Shown here piece after piece: positions 1-13,499 of a stretch of 64,000 nt of DNA (the stretch's first letter is position 1; each line of letters opens with the position of its first letter). The DNA comes from Eledone cirrhosa (lineage: Eukaryota), in NCBI GenBank assembly GCA_964016885.1, contig OZ024764.1, positions 14,694,001-14,758,000 of the forward strand, in the 5' to 3' direction. The notes beneath the pieces were generated by a model. That model was not told the origin of the DNA. It saw only the letters and a program-made list of their open reading frames with translations, and did not search any database. A program made the translations under genes and the position numbers.

Positions 1-814
1 GGAGGACACACACACAAACACACACACACACACACACATGTATATATATATATGTGTGTCTGTGTATGTGTTTGGCTGCTATATATATATATATAGCGGT
101 CAACACACACACACGTACATATATAAGTGTGTGTGTTTGGCTGATATATATATATATATATATATGATATATAAATATATGTGAGTTGCTATGACTGCTA
201 TTTCTAGCAGGTTTATTTTAGCGTGTAAACTGCACACCCGCAAAATTTTTGCCTCGATTTTTGCGATTAAGTAAGACAAAAGTTATCGTCCTTGTCAAAA
301 ATAAAATTTTACTATTATTGAAAATCTTTTGGCTGATTTTAAGCCAAAGTTTTTTAATGGCTGCCACTTCCGGTTTTTGTTGTGCGTCTACAGGACAGCC
401 AGAAACCTACTAGAAACAGCAGTCATAACAACACACTTATGTATATTTATATATCAGGGATTCTCAACGAAGGGTACACGCCCCACAGGGGGCCATTTGA
501 ATTTAATAGGGGCCAATTAGAAAGTGATATAATACGACCAAACTTCCAGTTACACTTTGTTCACATGTTATCGTGTATCTGGCAGCAGCTACGAGAAGTT
601 TGTTTATATTTTGAAGTTTGTTTTGATCATCGCGGCATCGTAGCTTTGTTTAATTAAAGCATTTCTACTTTATATTACAGTAGTAACACTTTTACAAGAC
701 TCGGTTTATTTCTATATTAAAGGGGAACATAAACCTAATTATTAAACGTTGAGGTGGGGCATGGAGCAAAAAAGGTTTGGAACTACTGAAGACAACAAAT
801 CATCGTTTTTATTA

Positions 815-1267
815 ATGTAAACAAACTTCTCGCAGGTGCTGTCAGATACACGATAACATGTGTATACGAAGTGTAACAGGGAGTTGGGTCGTATTATATG
901 ACTTTCAAATTGACCCCTATTATATTAAAATTATCCCCTGTGGGGCGTGCACCCCACGTTGAGAATCCCTCATAAATAAATATATGTGAGTGTGTTGCTA
1001 TGACTGCTATTTCTAGCAGGTTTACTGCAGTCCTGTAGACGCACAACAAAAACCGGAAGTGGCAGCCATTAAAAAACTTTGGCTTAAAATCAGGCAAAAG
1101 TTTTTTTAACAATTTGCCAAGAAAGATAACTCTTGTCTTACTTAATCGCAAAAATCGAGGCAAAAATTTTGCGGGTGTGCAGTTTGTTTGGTGTATTTGA
1201 CTGCTATTTCTAGCATATATGGACACTTTAGAAATAGCAGGGAAACATAAGAAAGAAGGACACACAC

Positions 1268-1320
<53 letters not shown>

Positions 1321-1578
1321 TGTATCTGTATATATATATATATACATATATATATGCACAGATATATACATTTAAATATATATATTTATATATACATACA
1401 CGCGCGCACACACACCTATACGTAGATATGGGTGTGTGTATAGCTGGTATATATATGTATGGGTGAGTGTATAGCTGGTATATATATATATATATATATA
1501 TATAGGTGTGTGTCCTTCTTTCTGCTGTTTTCCGTTTTTCGCTGCTATTTCTAAAGTGTCCATACATGCTAGAAATAG
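815..1578. mobile_element. Foldback element copy with truncated right arm (a further single arm lies at ~175-730)
   Basis: Matches the 11948-13310 foldback. The right arm stops at ctagaaatag|ttgagatgg. Confidence 0.7.
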
Positions 1579-3088
1579 TTGAGATGGAAATTCAGCTGCG
1601 TCCAGGCTTCTTCTCACTATGTCGTTGAGAGCATTTATGTGGCTCACACACGCGGAGGCCAAGGCATTGGGTTACTCCGATGCGAGTTCAATCATCATCA
1701 AGAATTTATTTGAATTGAAAGGTCACTAAACTAATATAGGAGTGTCATTTAAAAATAAGGTAAACAGAAATAGTTACACCGGTAACATAATTACTGTTAC
1801 ACCGGTAGTTCACTAACAATTCATTTCACGTTCCTCTCTAACAGGTAATGTTTTAATTTGCTCTCCATGTTGGGGAGTAACTGTAGTTTGGCTTGCTAGG
1901 GGTCATACATCTTCATACATACACACACATACTATATATATATATACAAAGGAAAGGAAGATAAACAAATATCAGAGGATTTGACCGGCTTCTTCCACTT
2001 GGCACCTGTAGCTACCATGACGTATAAGTATAAATATATATATATATATACACATATCTATCTATCTATATATATATCATCATTTTCATTTTACGTCTGC
2101 TTTTCCCTGTTTGCAAGGGTGGGACATATATATATATATCATCATCATTATACATCCACTTTTCCCCGCTTGGCAGCACCTACGAGAAGTTTGTTTTGAT
2201 CATCGCTGCATCGTAGCTTTGTTTAAATAAAGGGTTTCTACTTTATATTACAGTAATAATACTTTCAGAATACTCGGATTGTTTTTATATTAAAGGGGAA
2301 CATAAACATATTTTAGAGGAGGGGTGTGGAACAGAAAAGTTTGGGGACCACTGATACACACACACATTTATTTACTATATATATAATATATACATATATA
2401 TATGTCTGTGTGTGTATACTATATATATATATATATATATGTACAGGGAGGTCGAAGCATTTCAGAATTTTTCTAGGCGGGGTGGGGGGGTGCAAATCCC
2501 CCTCTTTATATCAATTAGCACTAACTCTCTCCCTCTCTATATCTACTACACGGCACTCTCTTCCAATACCCCTCTCTATAGGAAGTAACACCAAACTCTC
2601 CCCCTCTCTATATATTAAGCACTAAGTCAGGAATTTTTTTCTTCTTTCGTGCAGAGAGAGTAAAGTTGATTAAATCTACTGCAGTGAATTACTGGTATTT
2701 TATTTAATAAAAATTAAAATTTACTATTTGTCTTCGTTTAATTTTCGTTTTTCTTTACATAGTTTCGTTTCGTTAAATGTCTCCAGAATTTGTTTTTACT
2801 TTTACCGGATGTTGAAGGTGTAAACTTGTTGTCTAGAAACGTGTTAGAAATATTTTTCTTTTAATTGTGAAGAATTTAACCGCAAAGTAAGTTTTTTTTA
2901 CTGTTTATTTGTGGCTGGGACAACGTATGGTATGTGTTAATGTAAATGGTGAAGGTTTAAAGATTCTTTTTACAACTGAAAATCAGTTTGTTGTTGCTGC
3001 TAATTACTTAACGCATGGAATAGATTTAAAAAATACAGGATTGTTTCTCGGAAGAGAGAAAGAAGAAACAAACAAATCACAGAAGCGG

Positions 3089-3269
3089 GTAGCACACACA
3101 TTTGGGACCACATACAACACAAAAACAGGTAATCCACACATCTGGGACCACATACAACACACCAGCAGGTAATACATACATCTAGGACCACATAAGCAGG
3201 TAATACACACATCTAGGACCACATACAACACACAAGGAGGTAATACACACATCTAGGACGACATACAAC
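3089..3269. repeat. 40-bp minisatellite (~4.5 units; also 15319-15660 with ~8.5 and 28345-28525 with ~4.5)
   Basis: Unit gtaatacacacatctaggaccacatacaacacacaagcag. Confidence 0.9.
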
Positions 3270-3349
3270 CAAAGGCAGGCGAAAGGGGTGGACAAACGAG
3301 CTGCTACTAGAGCAAAAGATAACAGTATCGGGAGGAGCACTGGGAAACC

Positions 3350-3590
3350 TCTCTAATGATTTTTTAGGCAAGCCAGCACGTCTGCAGCGTTACCTCGGGC
3401 GATGGCGAGGCTGAGGAGCTGGAACAACCAAGTGCCCTCACGAGCTTCACCAGTCACCTTCGTCAGGCTAGCCGCCAGTGAAGATAGGAATCTCGCAGTC
3501 AGTATCCCGACTCCCCCAAACACCACAGGCTGGAAAATGTAGTTGGCCGACAGATCACAGTATTACTTAACAGTGATAGATATTCTGTCT
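3350..3590 (-). pseudogene. CRE-clade non-LTR retrotransposon C-terminal fragment (copies ~15750-15985 and ~28610-28850)
   Basis: Minus strand reads ..FLSSLAASLTKVTGEAREGTWLFQLLSLAIARGNAADVLA, matching the RLE C-terminal motif FQRLSIAIQRGNA. Confidence 0.75.
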
Positions 3591-3715
3591 GAAGGAGGGG
3601 CGTGCAACAGGCGGCCCGCGGGCCACAATCGAGCCCACCTGACCAGTCAGAGTGGCCCGCAATGACTGTTGTAGGCTTATTTAGAATTTTTTCCATACCC
3701 GTAATACTTCTGTTA

Positions 3716-3931
3716 GTTGACCTATACTAAAGGACTTCACTGATAGGGTTATATGTGTTATAGTTTCCCAGTTGACCTATACTAAAGGACTTCACTGATA
3801 GGGTTATATGTGTTATAGTTTCCCAGTTGACCTATACTAAAGGACTTCACTGATAGGGTTATATGTGTTATAGTTTCCCAGTTGACCTATACTAAAGGGC
3901 TTCACTGATAGAGTTATATGTGTTATAGTTT
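3716..3931. repeat. 55-bp minisatellite (~4 units; 16108-16983 ~16 units; 28972-29393 ~7.5 units)
   Basis: Unit gttgacctatactaaaggacttcactgatagggttatatgtgttatagtttccca. Confidence 0.95.
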
Positions 3932-4159
3932 GAAACAAACTACCTGCATCAGTTATTATACTTTTATAACACCGCTATATTACCTACATGAAAGAGGTAA
4001 ATATTTATTTCTCTTGTCTTCTTAAATGTATAGAACATTTTTCTTATATATATTCTTAACATAGCTAGGACCGTTTATTATTTACTAGTCTCTACTCCTA
4101 GGACTTTGCTGGTCTCATGTCCCCTCCATCAACACACACTCGGTAGAAAGCTGGTCGTC

Positions 4160-4330
4160 GAAGGTAAAGTGGCCCTGATTACAGGTCTAGTATTGAAGCC
4201 TTTCGGCTTGAGCCTTGCTGATGCCGACAGAGTTCCTGTGGTAGTTTTGGTAGCACAGGTGACATTTTATTGTGTTTAGGTACCGGCTAGTGCGGACACA
4301 GAGAGCACAACCAGGTGGTGAGCTGGCAAC
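4160..4330 (-). pseudogene. Decayed PHD finger fragment, probably a retrotransposon N-terminus (copies ~17210-17375 and ~29630-29790)
   Basis: Reads CALCVRTSRYLNTIKCHLCYQNYHRNSVGISKAQAERLQY*TCNQG. Three single-base changes (TCT>TGT, TAG>TGG, GGC>TGC) restore C4HC3 and the conserved Trp. Confidence 0.65.
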
Positions 4331-4503
4331 GCCCAAGTGTAGAGGGCCAGCTTTGAAATTCGAGCGACGGAGTGAACTAGTAAAAGAGGCAGGGTAAGCA
4401 GCATTGGTTCTAACGGTGGGACTAGAACGGAGGTTGGGTGGTGCTGGGGGTGGGCTAACAGCTAACAGTTGTAGGAGTGGTGGGGGTTTGCTAGGATTAA
4501 TTT

Positions 4504-6120
4504 TTACATCTGTCTGTGAACTCTTGAAAAAGCAACATACAATTGTCCAGGGTTAAATACTTGCTCAGGGAGGAACAGACCCACTTTATCATGTATTTGA
4601 CCATGGTTCTTGTTGATTGTCATGGCATATGACAGTCTTAATGGAAACTGGGGTCATTCCAAAGTAAAAGGGATGTTGGCACCACTGGGGGATAACTTCA
4701 GTCTTGGGATCAAAACACACCTGCCCATCAAAGGACCATAGATATGAGAAGCTTTGATAAAATGTTTATGCAGTTCTACTACTTCTAATCTTGTGCCATT
4801 ACATAATCTGTTCTGGATTGAAATATTCCATAGAAGCATTATTATTGATCCTGCTTATAATTGGAGTTTGTGAGGCGGCATCCCAGAAGGTGTAAGCAAG
4901 TTCATTTAGCTTGAACCAGGCAGCAAGGGTCCCTGCATTTCTACCACAACCTGAGCATTGCCTCTTTGAAAGTAAACTCTGTTTGTTCTCCAGGTGTGTG
5001 GCTAGGCTGTATACTGTATGTGATGTACCATGAAGCTTAAATTCCGAGAGACACGACACTGCTTCTGGCTGAGACACATACCTGCAACAAAGATAGGTTC
5101 TTATTTCATCATGGTTGTGTTGGTTCTGAGCCTCATTAGGTAATGCATTATTCGTTACTTCTATAGATGTACAATCATGCCCCATGTAACATATTTAAAG
5201 AGGTACTTGACACTTTTTACAGAAGCGCAAACTTCAACATTAATATGTGCACAATATTTCTTAAGCAAAAAGGCATTAAATGGCACAACATTCCTGTTAT
5301 CTACTGAATGTCATCCAATTTACACTGCAGTTCCTGTCTTGCACCTCCTGTACTCTGGGTATCCATTTAGGTTCAATAATGTTTCCCTTCTGTAGGTTTT
5401 TGGATAGTTCTTTTGGAAAAATCCATTTTGTATAAATGGGAGAAAAGGGTTTCCAGAACCACATGGCCCGTGGATCATAAACTTTTAAACCTGCTCATGT
5501 AGTACTGGATCATCTTCCAATGCAGGTATTTCTGCTGACACGATTCTGTCAATGTCTTCTCTGTTTCTTATCTTGTCTTCATTTTTTAAGGCTCAGTGTT
5601 ATCATCTGTTTAGATAATTCATTAAACCATTATACTCATCCACTCACAATTGGGCTTGATTGTTCTTCAAATATTGAAGCCTGCATCCCTCTACTTTCAT
5701 ATAGGCATCCACTAAATACTGCTAAAATAATTTACCTGCCCTATATATCGCACTAAATCCTCCTCTATATGCTATACAGTATATGTAATACTCCTGCATT
5801 GTCAGTCTATTGCAAACACAGGTCCTGCATTCCTCTCCATGGCACTATGCCACCAAAATTCACCATTATCGGTCGGTCTTGAGGTCCAAGTGGCATGAAT
5901 TATGTGATATTTTCTGAGGAGGATGGACTTTAGGAAAGATGATAATATCTCTTTGTACAGGTGGTGTGCCCTCAATCCCCCACAAAACAACAGCTATCAT
6001 TACTAGTTGGTAAATTAGAGCAGCTCATATCTGATCCTCTTCTAAATCTTAATTCACAGTTCTGTACACGACAATTTTCTCTTCTTGCACTTTGCTGTTT
6101 GAGATGAAACAAGATAGCAA
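4504..6120 (-). pseudogene. Helitron Rep/helicase remnant, internally deleted
   Basis: Rep-region motifs GKLF*QYLVDAYMKVEGCRLQYL, MIHGPCG, HINVEVC and [20 protein letters not shown]1 C-terminal motifs [28 protein letters not shown] and [10 protein letters not shown]. Stops and frameshifts present. Confidence 0.92.
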
Positions 6121-6694
6121 TGTCCATAACATTACATGACAGAATTATTAGCCACAGGGGCAGAGATGTCCATAACATTACATGACAGATTTATTAGCCA
6201 CAGGGGCAGAGATGTCCATAACATTACATGACAGAATTATTAGCCACAGGGGCAGAGATGTCCATAACATTACATGACAGATTTATTAGCCACAGGGGCA
6301 GAGATGTCCATAACATTACATGACAGAATTATTAGCCACAGGGGCAGAGATGTCCATAACATTACATGACAGATTTATTAGCCACAGGGGCAGAGATGTC
6401 CATAACATTACATGACAGAATTATTAGCCACAGGGGCAGAGATGTCCATAACATTACATGACAGATTTATTAGCCACAGGGGCAGAGATGTCCATAACAT
6501 TACATGACAGAATTATTAGCCACAGGGGCAGAGATGTCCATAACATTACATGACAGATTTATTAGCCACAGGGGCAGAGATGTCCATAACATTACATGAC
6601 AGAATTATTAGCCACAGGGGCAGAGATGTCCATAACATTACATGACAGATTTATTAGCCACAGGGGCAGAGATGTCCATAACATTACATGACAG
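6120..6694. repeat. 46-bp minisatellite (12 units; 19167-19971 has ~17 units)
   Basis: Unit atgtccataacattacatgacaga(a/t)ttattagccacaggggcagag. Confidence 0.95.
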
Positions 6695-6695
6695 A

Positions 6696-8575
6696 GTTTC
6701 ATCTCGCGCTCTCTCTCTCTCGTTTCATCTCGCTCTCTCTCTCTCTCGTTTCATCTCTGTCTCCCTCTCTCTCATTTCATCTCTGTCTTCCTCTCTCTCG
6801 TTCCATCTCTCTCTTCCTCTCTCTCGTTCCATCTCTCTCTTCCCCTCTCTCGTTTCATCTCTATTTCTCTCTCTCGTTTCATCTGTCTCTCTCTCTGTCG
6901 TTTCATCTCCCTCTATCTCTCTCTCGCTCTCTCGTTTCATCTTTCTCTCCCTCTCGTTTCATCTCGCTCTCTCTCTCCTGTTTCATCTCGCACTCTCTCT
7001 CCTGTTTCATCTCGCTCTCTACTCTCGTTTCCTCTCTCTCTCATTTCATCTCGCTCTCACTCTCTCTCATTTCATCTCGCTCTCTCTCTCTCTCGTTTCA
7101 TCTCGCTCTCTCTCTCTCATTTCATCTCGCTCTCACTCTCTCTCATTTCATCTCGCTCTCTCTCTCTCATTTCATCTCGCTCTCACTCTCTCTCATTTCA
7201 TCTCGCTCTCACTCTCTCATTTCATCTCGCTCTCACTCTCCCTCATTTGATCTCGCTCTCTCTCTCTCTCGTTTCATCTCGCTCTCTCTCTCTCATTTCA
7301 TCTCGCTCTCACTCTCTCTCATTTCATCTCGCTCTCTCTCTCTCTCTCGTTTCATCTCGCTCTCTCTCTCTCATTTCATCTCGCTCTCCCTCTCTCTCGT
7401 TTCATCTCGCTCTCTCTCTCTCGTTTCATCTCGCTCTCTCTCTCATTTCATCTCGCTCTCACTCTCTCTCATTTCATCTCGCTCTCTCTCTCTCATTTCA
7501 TCTCGCTCTCACTCTCTCTCATTTCATCTCGCTCTCACTCTCCCTCATTTGATCTCGCTCTCTCTCTCTCTCGTTTCATCTCGCTCTCTCTCTCTCATTT
7601 CATCTCGCTCTCACTCTCTCTCATTTCATCTCGCTCTCTCTCTCTCTCTCGTTTCATCTCGCTCTCTCTCTCTCATTTCATCTCGCTCTCCCTCTCTCTC
7701 GTTTCATCTCGCTCTCTCTCTCTCGTTTCATCTCGCTCTCTCTCTCATTTCATCTCGCTCTCACTCTCTCTCATTTCATCTCGCTCTCTCTCTCTCATTT
7801 CATCTCGCTCTCACTCTCTCTCATTTCATCTCGCTCTCACTCTCTCATTTCATCTCGCTCTCACTCTCCCTCATTTGATCTCGCTCTCTCTCTCTCTCGT
7901 TTCATCTCGCTCTCTCTCTCTCATTTCATCTCGCTCTCACTCTCTCTCATTTCATCTCGCTCTCACTCTCTCATTTCATCTCGCTCTCTCTCTCTCTCGT
8001 TTCATCTCGCTCTCTCTGTCTCATTTCATCTCGCTCTCCCTCTCTCTCGTTTCATCTCGCTCTCTCTCTCTCGTTTCATCTCGCTCTCTCTGTCTCATTT
8101 CATCTCGCTCTCTCTCTCTCTCATTTCATCTCGCTCTCACTCTCTCGTTTCATCTCGCTCTCACTCTCTCATTTCATCTCGCTCTCTCTCTCTCGTTCCA
8201 TCTCGCTCTCTCTCTCTCTCTTGTTTCAACACTCTAATCCCTCACTTGTTTCATCTCTCTCTTGTTTCAATTCTTTCTCTCTCTCTCTTTCTCTCCCCTC
8301 TCTCTTTCTCTCCCCTCTCTCTTTCTCTCCCCTCTCTCTCTTGTTTCATCCCTCACCCTCTTGTTTCATCCCCCTCTCCCTCTTCCTCTCTCTCTCTTCC
8401 TCTCTCTCTCTCTTCCTCTCTCTCTCTTCCCCTCTCTCTCTCTTTCACACTCTATCTCCGACTCGTTTCATCACTCTCTCCCCTCACCCTCTTGTTTCAA
8501 CTCTCTCCTCGTTTCAACTCTCTCCTCTCTTGTTTCAACTCTCTCACCTCTCGTTTCAACTCTCTCTCTCTGTGT
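6696..8575. repeat. Pyrimidine-rich satellite tttcatctcg(ct)n (second copy 19973-21590)
   Basis: Read directly from the sequence. Confidence 0.95.
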
Positions 8576-8780
8576 CTCCAATGTGTAATAAACCGTGACT
8601 CATATATATATACCGAAGAATGTACATAAACACATACATACACGCATGTGTATATATATATACATACATACATGTGTCTCTCTCTCTCTCCCTATATATA
8701 TGTACATATGTGTAAATATGTACATACATATTAGTGTATATATATTGCTATCTATATGCATATTTGTATAATTATACTGT

Positions 8781-8955
8781 ATGGTGAATTGGCAGTATCG
8801 GTAGAGGGTCTGACGCCATGCTTTCCAGCATAGTTACGTCCCTTTACGATCCGAGGTTAACTTTGCCTTTCATCCTTACGGGGTCGATAAAATAAAGTAC
8901 CAGTAATGTACTGGTTAATTACTGACCTTGTGCCTAAAATAGAAACAATTATTAG
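8781..8955 (+). mobile_element. tRNA-derived SINE (also ~21794-21967; fragments ~9180-9315, 11190-11300, 33035-33125, 41200-41290, 50530-50640)
   Basis: A-box-like tggcagtatcggtaga and shared body gcctttcatcc...gtcgataaaataaagtaccagt. The B box is present in other copies. Confidence 0.75.
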
Positions 8956-9324
8956 TTCAAAGAGAAACCACCATCCTACCTGAAATATTATGTTATCATA
9001 TTAAATATTTCTTATACTGTCATGTTTTTTCTTTAAAACGATTGCATCTCAATAAAGTGAAGAAAACTATTATATACTGTTGTTATATCATTATACTTTA
9101 GTTTTAACATTTCTATGTGTATAAATATAATGTATGTAAGTGTGTTTGAAAATATATAATAATAATATGCATGTTTGAAGCAGGGTTCAACTGAAATATC
9201 TATATGAAGCAGGGTTCAACTGAAATATCTATAGGTTGACTTTGTTTTCATCCTTATGAGGTCGATAGAATAAAGTACCAGTAATTGCTGGCCTTGTGCC
9301 AGAAACAATTATTTGGTTGTACTT

Positions 9325-9791
9325 CCAATCTGTGCTACACACCTTCGTTCCCATCAATAATATATAACTGGCCATATTGTGGTGTATTTTCTGCAGGTTA
9401 CAGAGATGGGGGTGTATTGATATGTTTGACCCTGAATATGAAATCTATACGGGCCTCTGCCGGGTGGTAACACCAAATGAAGTGAAATAAATGTAGTTTT
9501 AATTGCAGATGTTTCTGTGAAATCAACTGCTTCCTGGCCTCTTTCAAAGAGATTTCTCAGTCTCTCAGGGTATATTTGCAATGGTGGCAACACAACCTTT
9601 CCTTTATTACAACAGTTACAATTTTCATTTCTAAATTTCAAAGCTCCACAGTGATCACACGAAACATTCATATCACTAATATGAAATTCTTCTACATTTC
9701 CATTAATATTAATTGTTGGCCAATTTCTCTTACGACGCTCATTATCCATTCTTCTCTGTCTGAATGTTTTCCATTCTAAGTCTATTTGCAT
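9325..9791 (-). pseudogene. Helitron N-terminal Cys-rich region remnant (copy 22342-22808)
   Basis: CDHCGALKFRNENCNCCNKGKVVLP, PPGRGPYRFHIQGQ and frameshifted PQYGQLYIID. Confidence 0.9.
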
Positions 9792-9895
9792 GGAATAATT
9801 ATATTCTGTTGTTTATTATGTAATTAAATAGCTCTGTACAATACATAGAGCATTCTTCTTTTCTTTACCTTTTCTATGGAAATACAAGAACAAAC

Positions 9896-9927
<32 letters not shown>

Positions 9928-10059
9928 ATATACATAAACAAGACTGTTATTGCTCCAACCAGTCTATTTACCTTTGATAACTATCCTAAATATAAATACA
10001 CCTATACCATACATACATATATCATATATGTTTTTGATGCCGTGGTATAGCAGAGATAA

Positions 10060-10390
10060 GCAAGAAGAGAAAAGAAAATGAAAATGAGAAAAATAAAGAA
10101 GTAAGAAGTCGGGGGAGGGACAGACACTTCACCCCAGTCTAAGTGGTCCCTCAGCCGCAACCTGTGGAAGAAACGTAAAAGCGTTACCTCGGAGCAAGGC
10201 CAGAGACACCTGCTACAATAGTCGCCCCTCCTCATGAGGCTTCTGTCGTCTTTCCTCCCGACTTTATGGAGGAAATCAGCAGTACAGGGACCAAGTATGG
10301 CAGAGGTCTCAATGGAGTGGAAGAGGTGAGTCAGGCCTTGGTACTATCTTACTATCCTTTGCATTGCGGGGTGTGGAGCCTAGGTTTGTG
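10060..10390 (-). pseudogene. Degenerate CRE-like 3' fragment (copy ~23080-23400)
   Basis: Minus strand IETSAILGPCTADFLHKVG...SLALLRGNAF, similar to the element at 49820-50230. Confidence 0.6.
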
Positions 10391-10839
10391 GCTGTAGCTA
10401 TATTTGAACTTTTATATGAAATTTCAGTTATATATTTTTCACATCTTAAAACTTAATCTTAGTCTTTTGCAGCTCATCTTGTTTCATCTCGCAGCACACG
10501 ATTTGGGAACCACTGCTCTAGAGATAGAAAAAGTATATTTTATGCAGGGCTTCCCTGAGACATAAAAACTATTTCAAGAGATCGACATGGGTAGAAAGGT
10601 TGAGAAATGCTGCACAATGTTCTTTGGTTTTTGTTCACCTTTAAATAATCATGTATAAAATATCGGGTGTGCAAGATTTCATGAAAAGGTATAACATTAT
10701 TTATGCAGGGACTAGCTCCAATTGAGAGTTGTACCAATTCCCACTAAACTCGAAACTCCTGGACAATATATACATATCTTTATAAGTTCCTGTGTATTGT
10801 GTCGCTGTATAATGAAACATAAATATATACCATGCATGT

Positions 10840-11085
10840 CAGTCAGATTTGAACTCACTATATTTGGCGTTTTATAGATGTAATTTGTTTGTTAAAACAA
10901 TTGATTAAATAATAACTAAATAAAATTAATTCTACAATCCTGGATAGGGAATGAACTTATAACTTCATAATAGAAGCCATCTATTCGAGCAGTATTGCCA
11001 TCTAAGCCACCAGGTTACTTACAGAACTTCATTCAAATATAAAATATAAAATATATGCCAGACATAGTGAGTTCGAATCTGACTG
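10840..11085. mobile_element. ~246-bp MITE (copy 23866-24111)
   Basis: TIRs cagtcagatttgaactcactat / atagtgagttcgaatctgactg with 1 mismatch. Confidence 0.7.
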
Positions 11086-11947
11086 ATTAGTTGGTCATTG
11101 TCCCAGCCAACAGTTTAAATTGCCAACCAGTAGGTGACATCGACTAGGTTGGGAAAACTTGGTTAAGTAGCTCCAGTTATTGCTACGTTAGACATATTCA
11201 AGACTTATCGACACCGAATGGAAGAAAGGTAAAGTTGAACTCAGAGTAAAGAACTGGAAAAATACTGCAAAGAATTCTATCTGATGTTCTAACAATTCTA
11301 CCAAATTACCTTATGTATATATATTTATATCTAGAGATAAGAAGAAAACTGAAAGAAAGAAAAGAAAGAAAAATGAGACCTTATATGTAACCCATGACCA
11401 GGATTGAAACCGAAACCATGACTACCACCATCTCTGGTATCACCCACCAGACCACCATGAAAGATACAAAAATCTGCTTTTTTAATATTTATAAGCCTAC
11501 TTTCAATATTAAAGTAATTAACATGTGGTGTTGTTCATGCCTTTCTCTATGTTATTGGTAAAAAAGAAAGTATTTAAACCTCAAATTTTGTTATTCAAAT
11601 ATGCTTGCTTATGTAATTATAAATGTCGCAGAATACACACACATATATAGATGTGAAAATATTCAGGACCCCAACGGCTGTGCTACTGCCGTTTCGACAT
11701 CTATATATATATCTTTTACTCCTAGGCTCTTTCAGCGCAGAAAGAATTCTCCAATGATCACAACCAGCTAATGGTGCCCAGTGGAAGCACTTTAGTCTAA
11801 TTATAACCCCAACGATCACGATTAGCGGCGGCTTTTTCGAGTCTGAGGTTGACTGCCAGATATATATATATATATATATTTTTATACTTTGCTAGAATCC
11901 CGGAGAACAACAGAAAGATGCTGAGTTCAGAGTTTAAAAAACATGTC

Positions 11948-13310
11948 CCCCTTTGATATAAAAACAATCCGAGTCTTGTAAAAGTGTTATTACTGTAATA
12001 TAAAGTAGAAACCCTTTATTTCAACAAAGCTGAGATGCAGCGAACATCAAAGCAAACCCCAAAATGTAAACAAACTTCTCGCAGGTGCTGCCAGATACAC
12101 GATAACATGTGTATACGAAGTGTAACTGAGTTGGGTCGTATTATATGACTTTCAAATTGACCCCTATTATATTCAAATTATCCCCTGTGGGGCGTGCACC
12201 CCACGTTGAGAATCCCTCATAAATAAATATATGTGAGTGTGTTGCTATGACTGCTATTTCTAGCAGGTTTACTGCAGTCCTGTAGACGCACAACAAAAAC
12301 CGGAAGTGGCAGCCATTAAAAAACTTTGGCTTAAAATCAGGCAAAAGTTTTTTAACAATTTGCCAAGAAAGATAACTCTTGTCTTACTTAATCGCAAAAA
12401 TCGAGGCAAAAATTTTGCGGGTGTGCAGTTTGTTTGGTGTATTTGACTGCTATTTCTAGCATATATGGACACTTTAGAAATAGCAGCGAAACATAAGAAA
12501 GAAGGACACACACGTATATATATATATATACATATATATATGCACAGATACATACATTTAAATATATATATTTATATATACATACACGCGCGCACACACA
12601 CATACGTAGATATGGGTGTGTGTATAGCTGGTATATATATATATGTATGGGTGAGTGTATAGCTGGTATATATATATATATATATATATATATAGGTGTG
12701 TGTCCTTCTTTCTGCTGTTTTCCGTTTTTCGCTGCTATTTCTAAAGTGTCCATACATGCTAGAAATAGCAGTCAAATACACCAAACAAACTGCACACCCG
12801 CAAAATTTTTGCCTCGATTTTTGCGATTAAGTAAGTCAAGAGTTATCTTTCTTGGCAAATTGTTAAAAAACTTTTGCCTGATTTTAAGCCAAAGTTTTTT
12901 AATGGCTGCCACTTCCGGTTTTTGTTGTGCGTCTACAGGACTGCAGTAAACCTGCTAGAAATAGCAGTCATAGCAACACACTCACATATATTTATTTATG
13001 AGGGATTCTCAACGTGGGGTGCACGCCCCACAGGGGATAATTTGAATATAATAGGGGTCAATTTGAAAGTCATATAATACGACCAAGCTTCCAGATACAC
13101 TTCGTATACACATGTTATTTGAAGTTTGTTTTGATCATCGCTGCATCGCAGCTTTGTTTAAATAAAGGGTTTCTACTTTATATTACAGTAATAAAAGTTT
13201 TACTTCGTCTACACATGTTATCGTGTATCCGGCTGCACCTATGGGCTGTTTGTTTATACTTTGGTGTTTATTTTGATCATCGCCTCATCGCAGGTTTGTT
13301 TAATTAAAGG
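11948..13310. mobile_element. Foldback element: ~500-600 bp inverted arms around a microsatellite centre
   Basis: Identical mirror ORFs at 12141-12344(-) and 12874-13077(+). No transposase. Confidence 0.8.
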
Positions 13311-13328
13311 TTGCGAGGGGGATCACTG

Positions 13329-13383
<55 letters not shown>

Positions 13384-13499
13384 ACGAAAAGATATATATA
13401 TACAGACACACACTGTTGTTTCTTGATTTTTAGCTGCTGTTTCTAAAGTGTCTATTAATATATGCTAGAAATAGCAGTCAAGGGAACATTTACGTATAT

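Noticed and set aside
6642-8629. Long Ser/Leu-rich ORFs (also 19919-21643)
   Set aside because: Translation of a (CT)-rich satellite lacking stop codons.
12141-13077. Repeated M(A/P)DFKPKFF ORF family
   Set aside because: Non-ATG starts, variable frames and no domain; a by-product of foldback arms.
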